From positions 25,792 to 89,791 of the forward strand of contig JACTMO010000053.1 of the NCBI GenBank assembly GCA_014584605.1: a DNA stretch of 64,000 nt. Reading direction: 5' to 3'. This DNA comes from Bacteroidota bacterium. GTDB lineage: Bacteria; Bacteroidota; Bacteroidia; Flavobacteriales_F; PHOS-HE28. The notes below the pieces were generated by a model, which made no database searches, was not told where the DNA came from, and saw nothing but the letters and a program-made list of their open reading frames with translations. Within the stretch, counting starts at the first letter, position 1, and each line of letters starts with the position of its first letter. Below, one piece after another: positions 56,168 to 64,000 of this stretch. Made by a program: the position numbers and the translations under genes.

Positions 56168-57820
56168 GTGACCCGCCTGCTGTCGCCCCTGCTCTTCGCC
56201 GCTGCGCTGACCTGCCTGTTCCTGGGCTTCGCCGAGCTACGCACGGCCGAGGGCCCCGTGGGCCAACAGAGCGGCTGGGACCGTCTGCTGGGCCGGGTGC
56301 CCGACCTGAGCGCGTGGGCCACCGGAGAGGAGGTGGACGAAGCGGAGGTGGGCGCTCCGGAGGTCGTGTCCCCGCCCGAGCCGAACGAAAGCACCGCCGA
56401 CCGGGCCCGGCGCCTGTTGCGCGAGCAACGGTCCGCCCCGCCGACCAACCCGGACGCGGCGGTACCGGTCGTGTCGAACGAAGAACCGGGGGTTCCGATG
56501 GACCCGTGGACGGCCGTGGCGGTGCTGTGCGCACTGCTCGGCCTGGTGGGTGTGGCACTTCGCACGACCTGGGTACCAGTAGCCTCCTCGGCACTGGGCA
56601 TCGTGGGAGCCGGTGCGCTGGCGATCGGCCATTGGCAATGGGCCACGCAGCTGGCGGAGCAAGGGCTGCCCGCGTTGCGCATCGACGCCGGGGCGGTGGA
56701 AGCCCTGCCGGTCGCCGGCCTGTGGGCCGCGGTGGGCTTTCTGGTGGCCGCCGCCATCGCCGGTCTTGTGCCCCTGCTGCTGCACGAACGTCCGTCCTCC
56801 ACCTCACCGGCGACCCGCGGACGATCGGGCCCGTCGCCACGTCCCGTTCCGCACGCCGCACCTACCGCGCGTCCCCTACCCGATCCGCCCAAGGCCCCTG
56901 TGTCCTCCGTGCCGGTACGAGAAACCAGCGGACCCTCGGCGAGCGCCAGCGCGCCGTTACGCCCTGCTGATCGTCCGGGTGTCCCACCTTCGGGAGAAGG
57001 ATCACCCCCTGCACCCTCTGCACTTCTGGGTGCGACCAGCGTTCCCTCCGCGAGCGCTGGCGTGCCCCCGCCGCCCCCCGCGCGCCCCACTGTCCCCTCG
57101 GAAGAAGCCCCCCACCCTGCGTCCTCCGCGCCTCTACGTGAGGCCCGGCCCGAAAGCCTTTCTCCTGCCACTGCCCCCAACCCACCTCGCATGGATCCTC
57201 AGCACGCCCACCACAGCACACCGCCGCCGGCCGCCGCCTCGCCGCTGGACCACTTCACCGGCTTCGCACGGCCCTACTTTGCCCTGATCGATGGCGGCGC
57301 GTTGTTCCGAAAACCCTTCCGCTTCCTGTACATGGTGCTGGCCGCCCTCAACCTGCTGGCCATCCTGGGGGTGCTGGCGGTGATGTTCAAGGGCGGTGTG
57401 GGCGGCATCCTCATCGGCCTCTTCGGCATCTTCGGGCTGTGGATCGGCTTCCAGCTCTGGTGGGACCGCAAGGACCGCATCAACCAGTATGTGAGCCCGG
57501 GGTCGGAATTCGTGGCGCTGCCGGTGTTCGCCCATTTCTTCCAGACCTGCGGCGAGTGGTTCGGCACCCTGATGGCCATCGTGGGCACGGGCGCTTCGTT
57601 GGTGATGGCGTTGTTGGGCCGAAGCGGTGGGCATGGCCGCAGCCCCCTGGACATGTTCACGGCCATGGCCGGTGACGCGCCGTTGGTGGGGCTGATCGCC
57701 AGTCCGTTGCTCGGCTTCCTGATCATCATCCTCACCCGCGCCATCGCCGAGCAGATCCGGGCGCTGGTGGCCGTGGCCAACAACACCAAGGCCATCGAGG
57801 TGAACACACGCAAGGGCTGA
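56168..57820 (+). CDS. Hypothetical integral membrane protein with long Pro/Ser/Ala-rich linker
   Basis: 550 aa. Apparent GTG start. N-terminal TM. ~250-aa low-complexity proline-rich segment. Four C-terminal TM helices (YMVLAALNLLAILGVLAVMF, ILIGLFGIFGLWIGF, LMAIVGTGASLVMALL, LVGLIASPLLGFLIIIL). Confidence 0.55.
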   Translation: MTRLLSPLLFAAALTCLFLGFAELRTAEGPVGQQSGWDRLLGRVPDLSAWATGEEVDEAEVGAPEVVSPPEPNESTADRARRLLREQRSAPPTNPDAAVPVVSNEEPGVPMDPWTAVAVLCALLGLVGVALRTTWVPVASSALGIVGAGALAIGHWQWATQLAEQGLPALRIDAGAVEALPVAGLWAAVGFLVAAAIAGLVPLLLHERPSSTSPATRGRSGPSPRPVPHAAPTARPLPDPPKAPVSSVPVRETSGPSASASAPLRPADRPGVPPSGEGSPPAPSALLGATSVPSASAGVPPPPPARPTVPSEEAPHPASSAPLREARPESLSPATAPNPPRMDPQHAHHSTPPPAAASPLDHFTGFARPYFALIDGGALFRKPFRFLYMVLAALNLLAILGVLAVMFKGGVGGILIGLFGIFGLWIGFQLWWDRKDRINQYVSPGSEFVALPVFAHFFQTCGEWFGTLMAIVGTGASLVMALLGRSGGHGRSPLDMFTAMAGDAPLVGLIASPLLGFLIIILTRAIAEQIRALVAVANNTKAIEVNTRKG

Positions 57821-57914
57821 GCCGCCGTTCTCCCGATCGGGGCCGCCGCCTTCACACCGGCGCATGCCGAGGGCGCCCCTGGGGTCGGTGCTTTGGGGCA
57901 TCAACACGAACGCC

Positions 57915-58340
57915 ATGAACCCCAAGCCCCTCCTCGCCGCCCTACTGCTGTCCACCGGTATCCCCGCCGCCGCTCAGGTGACCCTGGCCCCGCTGCCCAC
58001 CCACGCACCCCAGGGCCTGGCCACCCAACTACAGGCCGCGCTGACCCCGGCGCTCGCGTCCATGGCGCCCTGCACGGTGCGGGTGGCGGAGGTCGCTGAA
58101 GGCCGCCACGGCAGCGGGGCCGCGCTGGTGATGGGACAGGCCCCGGCCCTTTGGCTGGTGCTGACGGTGGAGTGGATGGATGCCCGCGGACAGGCCCGGC
58201 GCACCGAACTGTATGCACAGGGCCGGGACAGCAAGGACCTGATGGAGGCGCTGGCCGACCGGATGGAGGCCTCTTTCGGGACCTGGACCCCCGTCCCACC
58301 GGCTGTCGAAGAGCCCGTTCAGGCCCGCCGCGAACGGTGA
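57915..58340 (+). CDS. Small hypothetical secreted protein
   Basis: ~141 aa. Signal peptide (MNPKPLLAALLLSTGIPAAAQ). No recognisable domain. Confidence 0.4.
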   Translation: MNPKPLLAALLLSTGIPAAAQVTLAPLPTHAPQGLATQLQAALTPALASMAPCTVRVAEVAEGRHGSGAALVMGQAPALWLVLTVEWMDARGQARRTELYAQGRDSKDLMEALADRMEASFGTWTPVPPAVEEPVQARRER

Positions 58341-58413
58341 TACACGATGAACTGTGGATCAAGTCCAGCGGAAGTCCCGTTCGATGTGGAATGATCCCGC
58401 GAACTTTGGCTGG

Positions 58414-61400
58414 ATGTGCCGTTCCGCATACCACCGCACGATCCTGGTGTTCGTGCTGCTCCTGGTCGGCACGGCGCGGGAGGTGGTGGCGCAATGCACC
58501 GTGACGATCAACAATCCGGTCGCTTCACCTTGCCTGGGCGACACGCTTGCCCTTTCGGCAACGGCGAACGGCCAGACCGGACCGTTCATCTTCGCCTGGA
58601 CGGTGACCGCGGGATCCGGGGTGTTCTCCTCCACGACCACGTCCAACACGCTCTTCAGTCCGTCGACCTCGGGCACGGTGACCGTGCAGGTGAGCGTGAC
58701 GGACACCAACGGAACGGTCTGCGCCACGGACCTTAACAGTTGGAGCGTGACGAATGCCTCGGTGGCGTCGCTGACCTGTACGAACGCACCATCGGTGACC
58801 TTCGATGGCCTGACGACATTCAGGAACTGTACGCCACAGAACCAGTTCCTGTTCAATTTCCAGGAGAACGGGTCCATCCTGGGCAACGCGCAGGTGACCA
58901 TCGACTGGGGCGATGCGAGCCCGGTGTTCACCTCGACCGGGGCTTGGCCGCCACAGGGGCACCTGTATTCGCCTCCGGGTCTGTACACCATCACCTACAC
59001 GGTGGATGATGGTGTGTGCGAGGACACGCAATTCTACAACGTGTTCCTGGGGGTGAATCCTGGCGCCCAGTTCGGCCGGCCGAACAACGCGCCGGTCTGT
59101 GACGGGGCCACGGTGGACTTTCTGATCACGCCGGACGCCACGAACGTGCCGGGCACCACGTACACGGTGTACTATGGTGATGGGTCGAGCGCGGTGTTCA
59201 CCCACCCGCCACCCGCTACGGTGAGCCACACCTACACGGCCAGTTCGTGCACGGGCGGGCCTTACACGGTGACCTGCGGCGGCAGTCAGTTCCCGGTGGT
59301 GCCCGCGGCGAACACCTTCACGGCCTGCTTGTGCGTGGAGAACCCCTGCGGCGGTTTTCCTCCGACGGCGCCGAACATCATTGTGCACGAGGCGGCCAAT
59401 GCCGGCTTCAATGCGCCGACGACGGCCTGCACCACGACCGGGGTGGCCTTCAGCAGCACCAGCACCGGCGGGGTGATCGGGGCACCGTGCGGCACGCCCT
59501 ACCACACCTGGTCGATCAGCGGCCCCGGCGCCTACAACCTGCAGGCGGGGAACCCGGGACCGTTCGGGTCGACTGGCCTCACCGTGCAGTTCCCCGTGCC
59601 CGGTGTGTACACCGTTTCCTTGACGGCCGAGGGGGAGATCTGCCCGGCGGACACGTACGATCAGCAGATCTGCATCGAGCCGCCCCTGGTGCCCACCTTC
59701 GACACCACGCAGGTGGGGCTGTGCAATCCGGTGACGGTGGCCTTGCAGAACACCACGGACCTGACGGACAACTGCAGTGTGCAGTGGGACTGGGTGGTGA
59801 GCGGTTCGGGCTTCTGCGGCGCCACGGCCGCCTGGCAATGGACCAACGGCAACGCCACGAGCGCATCGCCGAGCATCCAGTTCACCGCGCCGGGCACCTA
59901 CACCATCCGGCTGCGCGCCCTCAATAGCTGCGGCTGGCAGCAGAGCGCGCCGGTCACCGTGACGGTGTTCGATGACCCGCAGATCCAGATGGGCGCCGCG
60001 CTCTCGCTCTGCGAAGGGGACGGGGCCAACCCCACGGCCACCTACACTACTTGCGGCACACCGATCACCAGCTACCTGTGGAACATGCCGTCGGCCACGC
60101 CCTCGAGCTCCAACCTTCCGCTCCCCGGTCCGGTGACGATCAACTCAAGTGGAACTATCTCCGTCACCGTGACGAGCGTGTGTGGATCGGTGACGGCCAG
60201 CAACCCGGTCGTCGCTAACCCGGACCCACCGGCGAGCACGGTGCCGCCCGGGCCGATCTCCATCTGCCAGGGACAGCCGCTCACCCTCGGCGCCACGAAT
60301 GTGCCTGGTGCCACCTTCGTGTGGACCTCTCCCTTGGGCGTCACCTATGCCATGGATACGGTGGTGATCCCGGCCGCAGGACCGGCAGAGGACGGGCTGT
60401 GGACCGTGGTCGCGTTCCTGGGTGTGTGCGAGGGGCCGCCCGCCACAGTCGACGTGAGCATCATCCTGGCACCCGTGCTCGGCGTGGTGGCGAACCCATC
60501 GTCGATCTGCGTGGGTGACAGCAGCACGTTGGTCGCGGTGAACGCCACCAGCTACGCGTGGACCATCGGCACCACGCCCGTGGGTACGGGCAGCACCTTG
60601 GTGGTGGCGCCGACAAGCACCACCACGTACACCGTGGAAGGCGATGTGGGCGGCTGCATCAGTGAACTGGATGTCACCGTCACCGTGAACCCGCTGCCTG
60701 TCGTGAACGCCGGTCCGGACCTGAGCCTCTGCGACCAGCCCATCCCCGAACTGCTGCAACCGGTGACCGCTGGCGGTACATGGGGCGCACCCGTGGTGGG
60801 CGGCCAATACACGCCCAACGGGCAGGGCGTGTTCGAGGTGGCTTACGACTACACGGATGCCAACGGCTGCTTCAACAGCGACACCATCACCATCACCGTC
60901 GGTCCGCCCCCCGCGCCGGTCACCGCCGGTCCGGACACGCTGATCTGCCTCAACAGCGGCACCGTGCAACTGGTGGCCGACCAACCTGGCGGAACATGGA
61001 GCAACAGCGTGTGGGTGAACGGTGCGGGCGAGTTCACCCCGGGAGCGGTGTCCACGGAACTTGTGGTGTACACAGTGGGCGCCGGTACCTGCGCGGTGGA
61101 CGATACGGTGCAGGTGCAGGTGGTGCCGGGCGCCACGGTGGAAGCAGGACCGAACGACCAGCTGTGCGTGAACGACCAGGCGCTGCAGCTGGTTCCGAAT
61201 CCGCTGGGCGGCAGCTGGAGCGGCAACGGCGTCAGCATCACCGGCCTCTTCGACCCCGCGCAGGCCGTGATCGGGCCCAACGTGCTCACCTACACCTACC
61301 CGGACCCGAACGGCTGCATTGTGGTCGACCAGCTCACCATCCAGGTGGATCCGCTGCCTGTGCTCACCGTCACGAGCGACACCACCTTCTGCGTGTCGCC

Positions 61401-64000
61401 CATCGCGCAGCAGATCACGCATGCCCCGACGGGCGGTACGTGGAGCGGCCCGAACGTGGATCCTGTGAGCGGCCAATACACGCCGGTGGCCACCACGCCG
61501 ATCGGTTCGCCGGACGTGCTGGTGTACACCTACACCGACGGCAATGGCTGCACGAACACCGCCTCCGTGCAGGTGACGGTGATCGACCCGCCCTTCGTGG
61601 CCTTCGCGGGCAACGACACGGCGGCCTGTGTGGGCGATGCACCGTTCAACCTGCAGGGAGCTCCCGCCGGCGGCACGTGGTCGGGCATCTGGGTGAACGG
61701 GGGTGCCTTTGACCCGGCGTTGGTGGGCACCTGGACGCTCACCTACTCGGTTGGCTCGGCCTCCTGCGAAACACAGGACCAGGTGGACATCACCGTGGAC
61801 CCGCTGCCGCCCAGCTTCGCCGGCGCACCGCTCACCGTGTGCGTGTACGATCCCGTGCAGACGCTGCAAGGCACGCCCGCCGGCGGCGCGTGGGACCGGC
61901 CGAACACCTTCGATCCGGACACGATGCAGCTTGGCCCCACCACCTTCTGCTACACCTACACCGACCCGATCACCGAGTGCGACAGCACGCACTGCACCAC
62001 CGTCACCGTGGAGCCCATTCCCGCAGCGGACTTCAGCCTGCCCGACAGCGCGTGCGTGAACACGCCGGTGAACTTCACCAACATCACCGCCTGCGGCTGC
62101 ACCTGGACCTGGGACTTCGGCGACCTCAGCCTACCCAGCACGCAGCAGGACCCGCAGCACACGTATGGGGCCACCGGCACGTACACCGTGCAGCTGGTGG
62201 CCACCTCCGGTGCCGGATGCAGCGACACCATCACGCACGCCCTGGTGATCACCGAGGCGCCCACCGCGCAACTCACCTGGACCGTGGCCGACAGCTGCGG
62301 GGACGGCCTGGTGCTGGTGACCAACGACCTGGTGATGGCCAACACCACGCACACCTGGTGGGTGAACGGAACGGTCGTGAGCAACGCGGTGCAGCCCGGC
62401 ACCTTCGCCCTGCAGGGCCCGGTGCTGGCCGACACGCTGTACACCCTGGTGTATGAACAGGCCAACTTCTGCGGCGCGGACCGCGATACGCTCCTGGTGA
62501 CGCTCTACCCGCTTCCGGTGGCCTCCTTCGGCACCGACCAGTTGATCTATTGCCTGGCGGACACGGTCTTCATCGGCAACGACAGCTACGGGATGGTGGA
62601 TTCGGCCTTCTGGCAGCTCGGCGACGGCACCGTCAGCACCAACGGCTCGCCCACCTGGTACCACCAGTACGTGCAGGACAGCACATGGACGATCACCCTC
62701 GAGGTGTACAACGAATGCGGAGCGGACACCGCGAGCTGGAGCGTGACCGTGCTGCCCAACCAGGTGACGGCCTTCTTCAGCACCGACACGGTGATCGGCT
62801 GTGCGCCCCTTACCAGCACTTTCACCAATTTCAGCGTGGGCGACACGGCGAGCATCTGGTACTTCGGCGACTCGTTGAACACCACGAGCATCAGCACGAA
62901 CACCGGCTTCACCTACACCGACCCCGGCACCTACACCGTGCAGCTGGTGGCCCTGGGCTGCGGGGTGGACACGGCCACGCAGGTGATCGAGGTGCTGGCC
63001 CTCCCAGTGGTGGACGCGCTGAGCGACCCCTCCGTGTGCCTGGGCGATGCGGTGAGCTTCAGCGCGAGCGGCGCAGGCCTCGTGGGCCTGCTGTGGTCCT
63101 TCGGCGACGGCAGCTTCGACTCCATCCCCAACCCCACACACACCTATGCGAACGCCGGCATCTATGACGTGATCCTCACGGTGGTGAGCAACATGACGTT
63201 GTGCCCTTCGGCGGACACGGTCCAGGTGGAGGTGGTGGAGGCGCCGGTGCTTTCCCTGAGCGCCGCGGACACGGTGTTCTGCGTGCCCTTCGACCTGGCC
63301 CTGAGCGCCGCCGGCACCACGGGCAGCAACCTCGCCTACGTGTGGACCCTGGGCGGAGACACGGTGTCGTACAGCCCGAACCCGTTGCCGCAATCGATCC
63401 CCGACCCGGGCAGCTACGTGCTCGCGCTCACCGTGGAGGACCTCCTCACCGGCTGCACCGACAGCACCGGCTTCACGGTGGTGGGCCTGGAGACGCCGGT
63501 GAGCGGCCTGCTGCTGGACCCTTACGACCCCTGTGGCGACCCCGCCCAGCTGGTGGCCACCAGCACCGCCACACCGCCGCAGGCCACGCTCGCCTGGAAC
63601 ATCAACGGGCAGCTCGTGGGGCAGGGGCCCGTGCTCGCCACCGCCTACAGCACGCCCGGCACACACACCCTGGCGCTGATCGCCGAGCTGCCCGGTCCCT
63701 GCGCGGACACGGCCACCACGACCTTCACGCTGCTGGAGCGCCCGCTGGCCGGCTTCGACACGGGCCCCGCCTGCCTGGGGCAGGCCATCCCGATCACGGA
63801 CAGCAGCAGCAATGCGGTGGCCTGGTGGTGGTACCTCAACGGGGCCTTCGTGGGCAATGACCCCGGCGGCAGTGGCATCGTGCCCTCCTATCTGGGTAAC
63901 GACACCATCGCCCTGGCGGTGACCAGCCCTGACGGCTGTCGGGACAGCACCTGGGTGGTGGTGGACGTGAACGACCCGCCCCTGGCCGAGCTGCTGGCCG
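58414..64000 (+). CDS. Giant cell-surface adhesin-like protein with PKD and Ig-like repeats (partial; continues beyond the window end)
   Basis: Single open frame of >1860 codons from ATG 58414 to the window end. It is absent from the ORF track because no stop occurs inside the window. Signal peptide (MCRSAYHRTILVFVLLLVGTAREVVAQ). PKD-domain signatures (WDFGDLSLPSTQQDPQHTYGATGTYTVQLVA, WSFGDGSFDSIPNPTHTYANAGIYDVILTV). Many ~90-aa Cys-containing Ig-like repeats (…PLGGSWSGNGVS…, …APTGGTWSGPNVD…). Confidence 0.8.
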   Translation, partial: MCRSAYHRTILVFVLLLVGTAREVVAQCTVTINNPVASPCLGDTLALSATANGQTGPFIFAWTVTAGSGVFSSTTTSNTLFSPSTSGTVTVQVSVTDTNGTVCATDLNSWSVTNASVASLTCTNAPSVTFDGLTTFRNCTPQNQFLFNFQENGSILGNAQVTIDWGDASPVFTSTGAWPPQGHLYSPPGLYTITYTVDDGVCEDTQFYNVFLGVNPGAQFGRPNNAPVCDGATVDFLITPDATNVPGTTYTVYYGDGSSAVFTHPPPATVSHTYTASSCTGGPYTVTCGGSQFPVVPAANTFTACLCVENPCGGFPPTAPNIIVHEAANAGFNAPTTACTTTGVAFSSTSTGGVIGAPCGTPYHTWSISGPGAYNLQAGNPGPFGSTGLTVQFPVPGVYTVSLTAEGEICPADTYDQQICIEPPLVPTFDTTQVGLCNPVTVALQNTTDLTDNCSVQWDWVVSGSGFCGATAAWQWTNGNATSASPSIQFTAPGTYTIRLRALNSCGWQQSAPVTVTVFDDPQIQMGAALSLCEGDGANPTATYTTCGTPITSYLWNMPSATPSSSNLPLPGPVTINSSGTISVTVTSVCGSVTASNPVVANPDPPASTVPPGPISICQGQPLTLGATNVPGATFVWTSPLGVTYAMDTVVIPAAGPAEDGLWTVVAFLGVCEGPPATVDVSIILAPVLGVVANPSSICVGDSSTLVAVNATSYAWTIGTTPVGTGSTLVVAPTSTTTYTVEGDVGGCISELDVTVTVNPLPVVNAGPDLSLCDQPIPELLQPVTAGGTWGAPVVGGQYTPNGQGVFEVAYDYTDANGCFNSDTITITVGPPPAPVTAGPDTLICLNSGTVQLVADQPGGTWSNSVWVNGAGEFTPGAVSTELVVYTVGAGTCAVDDTVQVQVVPGATVEAGPNDQLCVNDQALQLVPNPLGGSWSGNGVSITGLFDPAQAVIGPNVLTYTYPDPNGCIVVDQLTIQVDPLPVLTVTSDTTFCVSPIAQQITHAPTGGTWSGPNVDPVSGQYTPVATTPIGSPDVLVYTYTDGNGCTNTASVQVTVIDPPFVAFAGNDTAACVGDAPFNLQGAPAGGTWSGIWVNGGAFDPALVGTWTLTYSVGSASCETQDQVDITVDPLPPSFAGAPLTVCVYDPVQTLQGTPAGGAWDRPNTFDPDTMQLGPTTFCYTYTDPITECDSTHCTTVTVEPIPAADFSLPDSACVNTPVNFTNITACGCTWTWDFGDLSLPSTQQDPQHTYGATGTYTVQLVATSGAGCSDTITHALVITEAPTAQLTWTVADSCGDGLVLVTNDLVMANTTHTWWVNGTVVSNAVQPGTFALQGPVLADTLYTLVYEQANFCGADRDTLLVTLYPLPVASFGTDQLIYCLADTVFIGNDSYGMVDSAFWQLGDGTVSTNGSPTWYHQYVQDSTWTITLEVYNECGADTASWSVTVLPNQVTAFFSTDTVIGCAPLTSTFTNFSVGDTASIWYFGDSLNTTSISTNTGFTYTDPGTYTVQLVALGCGVDTATQVIEVLALPVVDALSDPSVCLGDAVSFSASGAGLVGLLWSFGDGSFDSIPNPTHTYANAGIYDVILTVVSNMTLCPSADTVQVEVVEAPVLSLSAADTVFCVPFDLALSAAGTTGSNLAYVWTLGGDTVSYSPNPLPQSIPDPGSYVLALTVEDLLTGCTDSTGFTVVGLETPVSGLLLDPYDPCGDPAQLVATSTATPPQATLAWNINGQLVGQGPVLATAYSTPGTHTLALIAELPGPCADTATTTFTLLERPLAGFDTGPACLGQAIPITDSSSNAVAWWWYLNGAFVGNDPGGSGIVPSYLGNDTIALAVTSPDGCRDSTWVVVDVNDPPLAELLA

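Overview
This 64 kb window is high-GC (roughly two-thirds G+C) and gene-dense. It looks like a member of the Bacteroidota/FCB group: one protein ends in a T9SS (Por) C-terminal sorting domain, there are two HisKA_2-type histidine kinases and two LytTR response regulators, and there are PKD/Ig-rich giant adhesins. Housekeeping content includes the prs-rplY(ctc)-pth cluster, rnr, rpiB, mnmG (gidA), ade, lepA, the acyl-CoA carboxylase beta subunit, a YebC-family regulator, ferritin and an ALDH7-family dehydrogenase. The accessory content is more interesting. (1) A co-directional trio (31.5-41.0 kb): an outer-membrane beta-barrel, a 2080-aa secreted protein built from repeated carboxypeptidase-regulatory-like beta-sandwich domains, and a five-repeat FN3 protein, with 2-4 bp gene junctions. 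(2) An N-terminally truncated Rhs/YD-repeat gene whose C-terminal tip and an overlapping small Cys-rich ORF sit in a local GC trough, consistent with a polymorphic toxin/immunity cassette. (3) A DUF559 endonuclease-like gene sandwiched between two arrays of two kinds of hairpin-forming ~75-90 bp repeats that show compensatory stem mutations; one further copy lies 29 kb away. (4) An ECF sigma factor gene interrupted by a +1 frameshift inside a G7 homopolymer, immediately upstream of its anti-sigma gene, a TonB-C-like gene, an OMP and an FG-GAP/ASPIC protein. (5) A 425-bp divergent intergenic region carrying a perfect TTGTCCACA DnaA box plus several near-matches and an AT-rich block. (6) An 18-bp palindrome-containing motif present three times around mnmG. 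(7) A partial PKD-domain adhesin longer than 1860 aa running off the window end. I recognised no rRNA, tRNA, CRISPR array, transposase or integrase by eye. Start codons were chosen by signal-peptide and homology logic and may be off by a few codons.
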